Shown piece by piece: positions 31,719-42,463 of a stretch of DNA of 64,000 bases; the first letter of the stretch is position 1; the number at the start of each line of letters is the position of its first letter. Source of the stretch: a virus. The position numbers were made by a program, and so were the translations under genes. The stretch covers positions 32,001 through 96,000 of the IMG/VR virus record IMGVR_UViG_3300037502_002145; one strand, written 5' to 3'. The notes beneath the pieces are model-generated. The model saw nothing but the letters and a program-made list of their open reading frames with translations. It was not told where the DNA came from and searched no databases.

Positions 31719-32060
31719 ATGATTAAAGAAGAGTTAAAACAGAAAATAGAAGAACATAAACAGGAAAATATAAGATTATATAACATTTTCCAATATAGAT
31801 TACATGATGAAGAAATGCAAACTCTAATTAATCAATGGAGAGAAGGTAGCGCAAAATTAAAAGCATTAGATAATGAATTGAATCAACTGGAAATGAAAGA
31901 ACGTGACGAAAAACTAGCAAGCAAAGGTAATAAACAGGAAACAAAAACTTTTATAAATGGTTACGGAGAATCAACAAACAAATATATAACAAGTTCAACA
32001 TATGAAAGAGCAGAAAAGCGAAGACAAAAAGAAGTATTGTCTTTTATGGGTAATAGATAA
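31719..32060 (+). CDS. Coiled-coil hypothetical protein
   Basis: 113 aa with AAGGAG RBS. Confidence 0.55.
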   Translation: MIKEELKQKIEEHKQENIRLYNIFQYRLHDEEMQTLINQWREGSAKLKALDNELNQLEMKERDEKLASKGNKQETKTFINGYGESTNKYITSSTYERAEKRRQKEVLSFMGNR

Positions 32061-32341
32061 AAAGTATTAAACACAATAATAGGAGGGTTATAACATGTTA
32101 ACATTTGAGGAAATAAGTACAACACAAACAGAAGATAAAGAGTATATCGCAATAGGTGACAACGACAAGGAATACGACGCACACTGGACAACAAAATATA
32201 ACGGTGTAATGTTCTTTTGTATTCCTTCAACCGTTCAAGTGTTAGGATATAAAGAAAAATAAACAATAATAATATAGTACAAACTATTGACAAAACTACT
32301 AGTTATATAGTAAAATAGTTATTGTAAGGAGGTTATAACAC

Positions 32342-32509
32342 ATGCCAAACAATCAAGCTAAACAGCGTAAGTCAGAAATCGGGATTAGCTTTAAAGTGAA
32401 TAATGATTTTTATAAGAAAGTCAAGATACAAGCTACAGAAGAAGAAAAGACAATAAAAGATTTTATCATCGAATTAATGGAGCAGAAAACAGGAACTAAA
32501 AACAAATAA
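32342..32509 (+). CDS. Small ribbon-helix-helix-like regulator
   Basis: 55 aa, ISFKVNNDFYKKVKIQA..TIKDFIIELME; upstream TTGACA/TAAAAT promoter. Confidence 0.5.
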   Translation: MPNNQAKQRKSEIGISFKVNNDFYKKVKIQATEEEKTIKDFIIELMEQKTGTKNK

Positions 32510-32539
32510 TAATAACAATATGAAACGGAGGAAATAAAA

Positions 32540-34213
32540 ATGTCAACATATTATGAATATAGGGAAGTTGGAGTTATGATTGCACATAAATTAATGAATA
32601 TGGAAGGTTGGAAAGTTTACGGATATCATGCAGACGAAAGCGACAGTATGACAGATTATTATTCTCCTGCATGTTGGAACGGAGTAGCAGAAAAGAACGG
32701 CTATATTTTATGTGTAAATGTTTACGGATCAGCAAAACAAGAGGAAATAAGAAAATACAATTATAAAAACTTTTCTTATAGTAATGATATAAGCGAAAAG
32801 ATCAAAAAGCTTGAAGCAATGACAACAGAACGAGGTGCAAGTGAACAGGAAGAACAAAGCGCAAAAATGATGATTGAAAAATTACAGAAAAAAGCAGAAA
32901 CAGAAGTAGAAAACAATAATAAATATGTTGTTACAGGTTATATGCCTGGACATATGGCACACCCTCCAAAGTGTAACTGGCATATAGAGAAAGATGGCGT
33001 TATTATTGCAAAGGGTAACGGAATACTAAAATATAGTGAAGTTGATAATTATTATAAATACGATAGTTATAAAAAAGATATGAATGATTTTAGAAAGAAG
33101 TCAAAAGCGGAATATATAAAGGAATATGTAACAGATTATCAAAGACGATATAACGAATCAGATGTTGAAAAGATCACAAAATGGGCTGAAAGTCATTATA
33201 ATGATATGTTAAAGAAAAGTAATTTAATGAAACAATTTGAAGAATTTGTGAATAAATTAGATACAACTTGCGGTTGTTTAGTTGGTGAAGGTAGTCTTGA
33301 AACATACGAAAAAATCACTGTAACAGAATATAAAACAGAAAATAAAGCAATAGAAACAACAAGCGGAAGTATTAAAGAAGGTCAATGCTTTATAGTAAAA
33401 ACTTCTTTTAATTATGGTCATAATAAAGGTTATGTTTACCGTATACATGAAACAGAATATAACGGAAGAAAAGGTTTTCATGCGGTAAAACTAAACGGAA
33501 AATTAACAAAGGAATGCACAGGTACAGCCAACAAATCTAATTATTGGTATTTGACAGAAAATTTTATAAGATGGTTTGAAAAGGGAAGTCTTTCTTTCTG
33601 TAACATTGAAGAAGTTAAAACACCTTACGAAGTGGAAAAGGTAGTTAAAAAGGTTATTAAATCAGAAATGGAAGAACAACCAAAACAAGAAAAGAAAGCA
33701 ACCACAAAACAACCAGAACGGACAGCAACAACAAAATCAAATAATCTGACATATGATATTAAAGAAGATACTGACACCAGAGACAACAGCAAAATTTATG
33801 TTGTAAAGGTTATCGAAAAACTAGACAAAGACGAATATATAAAAGTTAATAACTATATGAAGTCAATCGGAGGATATTATAGCAAATTCAAACATGGCTT
33901 TATATTCAAGAATGATCCTACAGAATTTCTGAACAGTGATATTAAACATGAAGAAACAACAACACAAGAAAAACAAAAACAACAAGCTGAGCAGCCAACA
34001 CCAGAAGTCAAGCAGCCAGAAGTGAAACCGATTGATTTTGAGATAGAACAAAAGGATAAAATCTGGTTAGTTAAAATTAAAGATAATTTATCAAAGGATA
34101 AGTTTGCAGAGGTAAAACGAAATTTTGCAATACTCAAAGGGTTTTATTCTGGTTTGCATAGTAGTTTTATTTTCAAATATGATCCAACCGAAAAATTACA
34201 AAACAGTGCATAA
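32540..34213 (+). CDS. Multidomain (polyvalent-type) protein with a DUF2786-like segment and a duplicated C-terminal domain
   Basis: KIKKLEAMTTERGASEQEEQSAK motif; two copies of KI.VVK..GYYS.FKH.FIFK.DPTE. Confidence 0.55.
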   Translation: MSTYYEYREVGVMIAHKLMNMEGWKVYGYHADESDSMTDYYSPACWNGVAEKNGYILCVNVYGSAKQEEIRKYNYKNFSYSNDISEKIKKLEAMTTERGASEQEEQSAKMMIEKLQKKAETEVENNNKYVVTGYMPGHMAHPPKCNWHIEKDGVIIAKGNGILKYSEVDNYYKYDSYKKDMNDFRKKSKAEYIKEYVTDYQRRYNESDVEKITKWAESHYNDMLKKSNLMKQFEEFVNKLDTTCGCLVGEGSLETYEKITVTEYKTENKAIETTSGSIKEGQCFIVKTSFNYGHNKGYVYRIHETEYNGRKGFHAVKLNGKLTKECTGTANKSNYWYLTENFIRWFEKGSLSFCNIEEVKTPYEVEKVVKKVIKSEMEEQPKQEKKATTKQPERTATTKSNNLTYDIKEDTDTRDNSKIYVVKVIEKLDKDEYIKVNNYMKSIGGYYSKFKHGFIFKNDPTEFLNSDIKHEETTTQEKQKQQAEQPTPEVKQPEVKPIDFEIEQKDKIWLVKIKDNLSKDKFAEVKRNFAILKGFYSGLHSSFIFKYDPTEKLQNSA

Positions 34214-34228
34214 TAGGAGGAATTAAAA

Positions 34229-35890
34229 ATGTTTACAGACAACAAAGACTTCTACCCAACCCCAGACCATCTAATTAACAAGATGGTTTCGGGATTAGAT
34301 TTTAATTACATACACAGTATACTAGAACCATCAGCCGGTAAAGGAAATATAATTGATAAGTTAAAAGAAATTGAAAAGCCAGCTTACAGTTATAGTAGTA
34401 AGAAATATAATTTTGATATTGATTGTATAGAAATTGACGATAATTTGAGAAGCATATTAAAAGATAAAAACTATAGGTTAGTATATAACGACTTCCTGAC
34501 CTATGATACTATGAAAGAATACGATTTAATTATAGCAAATTTTCCATTCTCAAGCGGTGTCAAACATATGCTAAAAGCTCTAGAAATGCAAGAAAGAAAC
34601 GGAGGCGCAATAATATGCCTATTGAACGCTGAAACGCTTAAAAACGATTATACAAACGATAGAAAGTTATTAAACAGAAAGTTATCAGAGTATAGTGCAA
34701 CTATTGAATATTTACAAGAATCATTTATAGGAGCAGAACGCAGTACGTCAGTTGAAGTAGCACTAATTAAGGTTAAATTACCAGAAGTAAAAAGAGATAG
34801 TTTTATATTAGATGGACTAAGAAAAGCACAAGAACAGCGAGAAATTGAAGAAACAGAACAAACAGCAATAGTTGAGAATGATTTCTTTAAATCAATTATT
34901 GACCAATACCAATTAGAAGTTGAAGCTGGTATTAATTTAATAAAAGAATATAAAGCAATGAGCAAATATATCCTTTCAGAGTTTGCAAAGGATGAAGAGA
35001 CAGGCGAAACAATCCAAAAAGGAAATTGTATTTTAAAATTAGATTTGTCAAGTTATCACGATGGGTATAGAAGTAATCTTACAATAAACGGATATATAAA
35101 AGAAGTGCGTAAAAAGTATTGGAAAGCTTTATTTAATAATAAAGAATTTGTTGGAAAGCTTACCGAAAATTTAAGGCAAGACTTTTATAATAGACTTGAA
35201 GATCTAAGTAATTATGATTTTTCATTATATAATATTTATGAATTAAAAATAGAAATGAGCAAAAAAGTTGTTAAAGGCATTGAAGAAACAATCATTTCAT
35301 TATTTGAAGAATTAAGCCATAAGCACTCATGGGATAAAGAGTATTCAAGCAACATTCATTATTATAACGGCTGGAAAACTAATAAAAGTTGGATCATTAA
35401 TAAGAAGGTTATTATTCCTTTAAATGCTTATGATAACTATTCAGGACGATTTCAACCGACAAAATACCCATCAAAAGCAATTGATAAACTTACAGACATT
35501 GAAAAGTGTTTTAATTATCTTGACGGTGGATTAACAGAGGCAATAGACATTGAAGAGTCTTTGAAGTTTGCAGAAGAATTCGGGGAAACAAAAGACATAC
35601 AACTAAAGTATTTTACAGTAACATTTTATAAAAAAGGTACTTGTCATATTGTATTCAGTGATGAAAAATTACTCAAAAAGTTTAATATATTTGGATCGCA
35701 ACAAAAGGGCTGGTTGCCACCATCTTACGGTAAATCAACATATAAAGATATGTCAGCAGAAGAAAAAGCCGTTATAAACGAATTTGAGGGCGAGAAAGCA
35801 TATCAAGATACACTTGCAAATAAGAATTATTATATATTCAATTCCAATAGCATATTAATGTTAGAGGATAATGTCGAAAAATCAGCTTAA
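34229..35890 (+). CDS. Adenine DNA methyltransferase-like protein with C-terminal DUF4942
   Basis: DFYPTP, LEPSAGKG, DFL, IIANFPF (NPPF variant), FYKKGTCHI. Confidence 0.8.
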   Translation: MFTDNKDFYPTPDHLINKMVSGLDFNYIHSILEPSAGKGNIIDKLKEIEKPAYSYSSKKYNFDIDCIEIDDNLRSILKDKNYRLVYNDFLTYDTMKEYDLIIANFPFSSGVKHMLKALEMQERNGGAIICLLNAETLKNDYTNDRKLLNRKLSEYSATIEYLQESFIGAERSTSVEVALIKVKLPEVKRDSFILDGLRKAQEQREIEETEQTAIVENDFFKSIIDQYQLEVEAGINLIKEYKAMSKYILSEFAKDEETGETIQKGNCILKLDLSSYHDGYRSNLTINGYIKEVRKKYWKALFNNKEFVGKLTENLRQDFYNRLEDLSNYDFSLYNIYELKIEMSKKVVKGIEETIISLFEELSHKHSWDKEYSSNIHYYNGWKTNKSWIINKKVIIPLNAYDNYSGRFQPTKYPSKAIDKLTDIEKCFNYLDGGLTEAIDIEESLKFAEEFGETKDIQLKYFTVTFYKKGTCHIVFSDEKLLKKFNIFGSQQKGWLPPSYGKSTYKDMSAEEKAVINEFEGEKAYQDTLANKNYYIFNSNSILMLEDNVEKSA

Positions 35891-36027
35891 GTTATTCAAC
35901 GTAATTAATATAAAACTATTGACAAATGGGTAAAGTAGTATTATAATGATATTAACATAATAAATATAAAACTGAAATATCAATAAACTTGTAATTTTAT
36001 GGTCTTAATAAGACTAAGACAGAAAGG

Positions 36028-36258
36028 ATGACAAACATGTTATATATAGAAGATAAAAATAAATTAACAACTGAGCAATTAAAGTATAAAACTAATTCAC
36101 CTCAATATCACTTCTTTGAAAGCTTATTTAAATATGGATGTTATTGGCTAGGAAGAACACATAAAGAGGGTATAGAATTCGAAAATGAAATGATATCTGT
36201 ATTAGACAAATTGGGGATAAAATACAATATTGTACCAAATTTTAAACTAGAAATCTAA
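36028..36258 (+). CDS. Hypothetical protein
   Basis: 76 aa downstream of the TTGACA/TATAAT promoter at 35919. Confidence 0.45.
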   Translation: MTNMLYIEDKNKLTTEQLKYKTNSPQYHFFESLFKYGCYWLGRTHKEGIEFENEMISVLDKLGIKYNIVPNFKLEI

Positions 36259-36676
36259 TATAAATAATAGAATTTATCTTATGAAAGGAGACAAACAAAT
36301 GGATAATTGGGAGCATGAAATGTTTCAACAAATGTGTATTGAAGACGATATTTATGAACAAAAAGACGAACAAAGAGAATATGACGAATGTATGTCTGAT
36401 TATTATAGCGGTAGTATGCAAATATAGATAAAAAGCAGATTTCATATAAGAAAGCGAGGTATATTAATGGAAGATAAAATTATGCAGATAATTAAAGAAG
36501 ACGAATTCTTTTGTCCTAACGAAACGGGATTTTATGATAAACCACAAGAAACATTTAACGCAATTAAAAAACTAGTGGATAAAGGATTAATAAGAAAAAG
36601 AAATTGTTTAGGGTTAGCATATGAATTAAACAAACAGTAAATAAAAGAATGTTTCTATTAACAGAAAGGAATCAAA

Positions 36677-36943
36677 ATGGAAAGAAGAAAAGTGTTATTT
36701 ACTACTGGTATGACAGATGATAAACAGATAATTATTACAGATGCATCAAAAGAAGAAATTGAAAAGTGGTGTTATAGATATAATGAATCATTAGAAAATG
36801 GGAAAAGTATAGAACCATTTGACACTTTAAAAACTCAATACTATGTGAAAGAATTACATGATTCTGAAATTGATGATAATGAAAACGTAGACATTATTGG
36901 ATATGACGAAGTATACGATCTATTTGATTATTACAGTAAATAA
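36677..36943 (+). CDS. Hypothetical protein
   Basis: 88 aa flanked by junction palindromes at 36641 and 36940. Confidence 0.55.
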   Translation: MERRKVLFTTGMTDDKQIIITDASKEEIEKWCYRYNESLENGKSIEPFDTLKTQYYVKELHDSEIDDNENVDIIGYDEVYDLFDYYSK

Positions 36944-37142
36944 AAAGTAAATTTTATAAACAATAAACATATAATGGAGGATTCAATCATGAAACAATAT
37001 TATTACATCCTAATCAATGGCAAGAAAGCCTATACTAACGATAATCCACCAGCTAAGAAAATCGCAATATTAACACAGACAATAAACAATTTCAAGCATA
37101 AAACTATGATTTTTTGATAACAATACTAATATAAAACTTAAA

Positions 37143-37207
37143 GCTACTATTATACCGGATAATTGATTGATATATAGTCAAGTGGGTTCAACTCCTACTA
37201 GTAGCCA
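37143..37207 (+). ncRNA. Compact tRNA-like cloverleaf (non-canonical)
   Basis: GCTACTA/TAGTAGC, TTAT-ACCGG-ATAA, TTGATT-GATATAT-AGTCAA and GTGGG-TTCAACT-CCTAC arms; ends in CCA. Confidence 0.5.
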
Positions 37208-37518
37208 TTCCATAATAAACGAAAGGAGAGAAACACAATGTCAACCTTTTACGACTGGTTGAAACTAAAGAAAGGTATTACAAAGAAATTATACGGTTGT
37301 TTGAGCCTTATTAAACAGAACGACCTCAGGGATGAATACTATAAATTATCAAAGAAACATTAGAAAGGAAATTAAACAATGAAGAAGAATACATACAATA
37401 AAACAGACAAGATACTAACAGAAAGCATAGATTTAATAAACAGATCCAATAGACTAATTAATGACTTAACAGAGTTAGCAACAAAGTTAGAGCAGCTTAA
37501 CGAAAGGATGGTAAAACA

Positions 37519-37707
37519 ATGATATATTTAAACTATTTTAAACGATATATAAGCCGATATAGCCGGTTAGAATTAGTAGGCATAGTATTTACTCTCTTAA
37601 TGAGTTTGTGGCTCATATTAAGCTATATGGACATTGTAGCGAATAATCTTAGCACTTATACGTATGCGAAATGGAATATAATAATTCTATTATCAAATAT
37701 ATTTTAA
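37519..37707 (+). CDS. Small membrane protein
   Basis: 62 aa, hydrophobic. Confidence 0.45.
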   Translation: MIYLNYFKRYISRYSRLELVGIVFTLLMSLWLILSYMDIVANNLSTYTYAKWNIIILLSNIF

Positions 37708-37967
37708 CGATATTAATATAAAACTTTATATTGACATTGAGTTTGAATAGTATTATAATGATAGTAGTTAAACAGATTGAAGAAAACTGGAAAAGGTTGT
37801 ATAATGTATCAATAAAATATTGATTTTATTGTATATAATGGTAACTTGAAAACCAGCGTCTTATTTGATATACTGAATAAGGCACATAAGTCTTATAAAT
37901 GATTATTATTGTTCTCTTTACAAATTACAATATCATCATTGCCTTATGTGCTATTTTTATATAAGGA

Positions 37968-38189
37968 GTGACAATAATGATTAAATCAAAATTAAAAGTA
38001 TTACTAGCTTTACATGATATGACACAAAAGGAGTTGGCAGAAAAGACAGGCGTAAGACCTGAGACTATAAGTAATATTATCAATAATAAAATACGTCAAA
38101 TTCCAGTAGATGCATTGAATTCTATATGTTATCTATTTGATTGCCAACCGAATGATGTATTTGAATTTACCAAAGAAAATAACGAATAA
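37968..38189 (+). CDS. XRE-family HTH regulator
   Basis: MTQKELAEKTGVRPETISNI; ICYLFDCQPNDVFEF. Confidence 0.85.
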   Translation: MTIMIKSKLKVLLALHDMTQKELAEKTGVRPETISNIINNKIRQIPVDALNSICYLFDCQPNDVFEFTKENNE

Positions 38190-38291
38190 ATAAAAATAAT
38201 TTAAAATAACCGTTGACAAATATGCTTATTCGTTATATAATTATAAATGTAAAGAGAACATAGTAATTACATTTATAAGGAGGAAATAAGC

Positions 38292-38585
38292 ATGAGCAAA
38301 GAAGATTTAAGTAAAGTAGTAGATTTACAAGAGGAACTTGGTAATCCGTTCATCGTAATACATAAGCCAAAAGCAAAGAATAAAATAGTTGAGTACGATT
38401 CTGACACCGCAGCTTTTGATATTATGAATAATGAAATGATATTTGATTTTTGGGAACTGGAAGGCTTTAGTATTGGATTAGATAAAATCAAATCAGTTAT
38501 TACCAATGTAATTGACAACATGACAGTTGTGTATTTGAAACTTAAATATGGAAATACAATAATGTTACATTTTATGAGTAGATAG
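38292..38585 (+). CDS. Hypothetical protein
   Basis: 97 aa after a consensus promoter at 38213. Confidence 0.5.
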   Translation: MSKEDLSKVVDLQEELGNPFIVIHKPKAKNKIVEYDSDTAAFDIMNNEMIFDFWELEGFSIGLDKIKSVITNVIDNMTVVYLKLKYGNTIMLHFMSR

Positions 38586-38615
38586 CTCTTGTATTTTGAA
38601 AGGAAGTGAATTGTA

Positions 38616-39836
38616 ATGAAAACCACAAGAGCAGAACAACATATTATCAAAAAGAACAATCCTTTATGGCAAGTAGTAGACATCATGTGTTTTAAATCTA
38701 AGAACCTATATAACTTTGCCAATTATATTATAAGGCAAGAATTTATCAACAATGGTAACTGGATACATTACAATTCACTTTTTGATTTATGTAAAGAAAG
38801 TGAACCATATAAAGATTTAGGTAGCAATGTTGGTCAGGCAACATTAAGATTGTTGGATAAAAACTGGAAATCATTCTTCAAAGCCATAAAAGATTGGAAA
38901 CAGTATCCAAGTAAGTATTTAGGTAGACCTAGATTACCAAAGTATAAACCTAAAGATGGTAGATTTATTTTAAGTATTGATAATAATAAGGTAATGCTGA
39001 AGGATGGCTATATATACTTTGCTTGGAAACCATTAAAAGTATTGAATAACCACTTTATTACTAAAATACCACAAGATTGTAAAGTATTTCAATGCAGATT
39101 TATACCAAGTGGATCAAATTATACAATGGAAATAGTATATGAGATTGAAGTATCTGAACAACCGGAACATTCAGAAAGAATTATAAGCATTGATTTAGGA
39201 GTTGATAACTTTGTAACTATTACAAATAACATTGGACTAAAACCATTTGTTATTAAAGGCGGAGTAATTAAGTCAGTAAATCAATATTATAATAAAGAAA
39301 AAGCAAGAATACAATCCGAATTGAAAAAGGTTAATAAAAAAGATTGGAGTAATAAGTTACAGAAGTTGACTGATAAACGTAATAACAAAATTAAGTATTT
39401 GATGCATGTTTATAGCAAAAATATTATTGATTACTGCTTAAAGAATGGGATTGATACTATTGTATGCGGTTACAACAAAGAGTGGAAACAAGAATCTGAA
39501 ATGACTAAGAAAACTAATCAAAAATTTGTAACCATACCATATGAAATATTTATAAGCATGTTAGATTATAAATCATTAGATAGTGGCAAGAAGTTTATTT
39601 TGAATGAGGAAGGCTATACGTCTGGAACATCATTTTTAGACAACGAAGAACCAATTAAGACTAACTACAATAAAAGTAGAAGAGTTCATAGAGGTTTATT
39701 TGTTAGCAACAATGGTATTAAAGTCAATGCTGATGTAAACGGAAGTTACCAGATAATGAAGAAAGTATTCCCAAACGTCTTTGACAATGGGATAGAGGGT
39801 GCAGGTTTACACCCAATGGTATTTAAAATTGCCTAA
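38616..39836 (+). CDS. tnpB: Solo TnpB-family RNA-guided nuclease (GYN..WKQ / EExYTS type, no Zn finger)
   Basis: SKNLYN, PRLPKY, SIDLG, CGYNKEWKQ, EEGYTS, NADVNG; no tnpA nearby. Confidence 0.85.
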   Translation: MKTTRAEQHIIKKNNPLWQVVDIMCFKSKNLYNFANYIIRQEFINNGNWIHYNSLFDLCKESEPYKDLGSNVGQATLRLLDKNWKSFFKAIKDWKQYPSKYLGRPRLPKYKPKDGRFILSIDNNKVMLKDGYIYFAWKPLKVLNNHFITKIPQDCKVFQCRFIPSGSNYTMEIVYEIEVSEQPEHSERIISIDLGVDNFVTITNNIGLKPFVIKGGVIKSVNQYYNKEKARIQSELKKVNKKDWSNKLQKLTDKRNNKIKYLMHVYSKNIIDYCLKNGIDTIVCGYNKEWKQESEMTKKTNQKFVTIPYEIFISMLDYKSLDSGKKFILNEEGYTSGTSFLDNEEPIKTNYNKSRRVHRGLFVSNNGIKVNADVNGSYQIMKKVFPNVFDNGIEGAGLHPMVFKIA

Positions 39837-40039
39837 GTGATTGATAAATCCATAAATCGGTTATAAAAACCGAATAAATTACTTATTTTACAGAAAGGAG
39901 AGCATAAAACAGTGTACTTTGCAATAGGAGTTATATATTTAATATACGTAATAATAAGTCACTTAACATATCCAAAAAGAGCAGATAAACAGACGAGAGA
40001 ATATAGAGAAAAACAAGATAAGGAGCTGGGATTAGAGCC

Positions 40040-40270
40040 ATGGGAAGTAAGATACAAGAAGTTTCAATAAGCAAGATAGAAAGATATGTAATATATGATT
40101 TAATTGAATCGGCAGGGTTTAGAGTAGTTTCAACAAATAATGCAGTAACATTAGAGGATACAACATCAAGAGAAGCAGATAAATACTCCGATTTGACGTT
40201 TAAAAGCCTCGTAGAAGCAGTTTTTGCAATCGCACCATATATTTGTAACCAAATTAAATTAACGGCTTAA
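40040..40270 (+). CDS. Hypothetical protein
   Basis: 76 aa ORF. Confidence 0.45.
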   Translation: MGSKIQEVSISKIERYVIYDLIESAGFRVVSTNNAVTLEDTTSREADKYSDLTFKSLVEAVFAIAPYICNQIKLTA

Positions 40271-40443
40271 TGAAAGGAGTATAGAACTATGTGGATATTA
40301 AAATTATTACTACTACCTTTTATTGGTGGAATTGATTATTGTAACACAATGAGAAAAATTAAAAAACTAGATAATGATCCAACTAGTACAATAAAGAGTG
40401 ATGACTGGTATAGAAAAAATGGTAAATGAAAGGATGATTGATT

Positions 40444-41427
40444 ATGTGCTATAAGACAGAGAAACAGAAAAAAGAAAAGTTAAAACTAAAAGAAAAAATA
40501 AATGATTTACCTAAGTTTATAAAAGATTATTTTTCATATTTAAACAGTAATGTAACAAAATTAAATAACTGTGGCATCATAAGGAGTTTTCTTGAATGGT
40601 TAATATCTGAAGGAATAATAAAAAACAGCATAGTAAATATCACACCATCAGATTTAAGTTTGGTTACAGACATAGATTTAATTGAATATTTAAGTGGATT
40701 AAATAACAGTTTATCATCAATTAACACTAAAAAAAATGTAATAAGTGGATTTTGGGCTTATTTATTAGATAAAGAATATGTAAAAACCAACATTGTAAAT
40801 AAAAAGCTACACGATAAATTTAAGGCAAAAGATAAAGAAGTAGTAGTACCAACAGACGAAGATATTTATCAGTTTATAGTTAATATTAATAATATCAAAA
40901 ATGAAACTATAGCATTAAGAAACATTGCAATTGTAAGGTTATTCATGGGTAGCGGAATCCGAATTGAAGAATTAGTTGGATTAGACGTTATAGATTTACA
41001 TTTTGAAAACGAAGATGAACCATATGTGGTTGTCATGGGTAAGGGCATACAAGATGAAGACGATAAGCAAAATGTTGCAATTAATAAGGCTGCTATGGAT
41101 GCCATTAATGATTATTTACAAGTAAGAAACACAATTCCTGACATTAAAGAAACAAAAGCTTTATTTATATCAGAACAGTTGAATAAAGAAACCGGTAAAA
41201 GAACAAGAGTTGCTCAAAGTTCAATACAAGATTTTTTTAGAAAATACAGTAATGGAGCGATTCACCCACATCTATTAAGACATTATGCTGGTACTAAAAT
41301 GTATGAAAACAGTAATGATATTGTAGCTGTAGCCGCTCAATTAAGACATGGTGATGTAAACACAAGTAGAAAGTTTTACATCAAGAATAATAAGAGTGCA
41401 ACTTATAAAGCGTTAAACAGTTTTTAA
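40444..41427 (+). CDS. Tyrosine recombinase (Xer/integrase family) with intact catalytic residues
   Basis: SGIRIEEL (R), GKG (K), HLLRH (HxxR), LRH..TSRKFY (H, Y); no arm-binding domain evident. Confidence 0.9.
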   Translation: MCYKTEKQKKEKLKLKEKINDLPKFIKDYFSYLNSNVTKLNNCGIIRSFLEWLISEGIIKNSIVNITPSDLSLVTDIDLIEYLSGLNNSLSSINTKKNVISGFWAYLLDKEYVKTNIVNKKLHDKFKAKDKEVVVPTDEDIYQFIVNINNIKNETIALRNIAIVRLFMGSGIRIEELVGLDVIDLHFENEDEPYVVVMGKGIQDEDDKQNVAINKAAMDAINDYLQVRNTIPDIKETKALFISEQLNKETGKRTRVAQSSIQDFFRKYSNGAIHPHLLRHYAGTKMYENSNDIVAVAAQLRHGDVNTSRKFYIKNNKSATYKALNSF

Positions 41428-41472
41428 TTTGATTTACTAGTATTAAAATGATAATATAAGAGGTGATAATAA

Positions 41473-41697
41473 TTGACTAAAGTAAAGTATTATAGATTAA
41501 AGAACAACTTAAAACAGACCGAATTATCATCAATAAGTGAGGTTAAATTAAGCACAGTACAAAAGTTAGATAGTGGGTTCAATGATATAAGAAAGTCTAG
41601 TTATGACACTATAGAGAAGATTGCTGGTGCTTTAAGTGTAGAGGTAGAAGATCTAATTGGATTTATTAATGATGAAGATACGGCATATGGCGAATAG
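41473..41697 (+). CDS. XRE-family HTH regulator
   Basis: LKQTELSSISEVKLSTVQKLD...KIAGALSVEVEDLI. Confidence 0.75.
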   Translation: MTKVKYYRLKNNLKQTELSSISEVKLSTVQKLDSGFNDIRKSSYDTIEKIAGALSVEVEDLIGFINDEDTAYGE

Positions 41698-41708
41698 GGG
41701 GATGTGTA

Positions 41709-42173
41709 ATGAATAGAAAAGAAATAATTAATATTATGAGAAACGTTGAAGTTGAAAATCTTACTAATGTTCAAAAAGACATGGTAAAATCAATACTAGA
41801 AGGCAAGTTAGTTGAAGATATTGCAATAGAAAAAAATACTTCAAGTGAAAAGATATTGAAAATCATTAAAAAAATAGTTAAGAACGAAATAATTAGGAAT
41901 AAGCAAATATCAATATTAAATATTAATAATAAAACAGATATTAATATGTCAAATTTTTTAACCAACAGCAAGCACGATCCAATATTGTTTGATAATCAAT
42001 ATTTATTGTCTTATCAAGATGTTATAAGCATTATCGATTCTGCCAGAAAAGGAGAGGTGAATGTAAAAGAGATAAGCAATTTATTAGGAGGCGTAAAATC
42101 ATTAGAGTTTAATTCAAAAACGTTTAATAAAGTATTTGAGTTTGGAAAATTTTTACCAGAAAAATTATTATAA
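41709..42173 (+). CDS. Hypothetical protein with sigma-4/LuxR-like HTH at the N-terminus
   Basis: LTNVQKDMV..LEGKLVEDIAIEKNTS pattern. Confidence 0.45.
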   Translation: MNRKEIINIMRNVEVENLTNVQKDMVKSILEGKLVEDIAIEKNTSSEKILKIIKKIVKNEIIRNKQISILNINNKTDINMSNFLTNSKHDPILFDNQYLLSYQDVISIIDSARKGEVNVKEISNLLGGVKSLEFNSKTFNKVFEFGKFLPEKLL

Positions 42174-42197
42174 TCTACATAAAACAGAGATTCTAAT

Positions 42198-42452
42198 TGG
42201 AAGGAGAGATACAATGGCAAACAACTTAATGAATTATTTAAAACTATATTAGTTTGTGGTGGCTTAAAAGATAGTGCTGAATATATATCCAACTTAATGG
42301 GTGAGAAAGAATATATAGAAAATGAAACAACTCACACCAAACCACTTATGACACCTGCACAAGTCAGATTAATGGCAGACGATGAAATGTTGATTATCTG
42401 CAAGAACAAACGACCAGTTAAAGACAAGATGATGGATTTAATCGTAGCATAG
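42198..42452 (+). pseudogene. Start-less C-terminal fragment of a VirD4/TraG coupling protein
   Basis: Frame reads TILVCGGLKDSAEYISNLMGEK...KPLMTPAQVRLMADDEMLIICKNKRPV; the RBS-proximal ATG at 42214 is out of frame. Confidence 0.55.
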
Positions 42453-42463
42453 GGGGTGTATAG

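Noticed and set aside
40444-41427. Prophage integrase with an adjacent att site
   Set aside because: There is no host DNA or attL/attR junction in the window, and the gene is internal to the early region.
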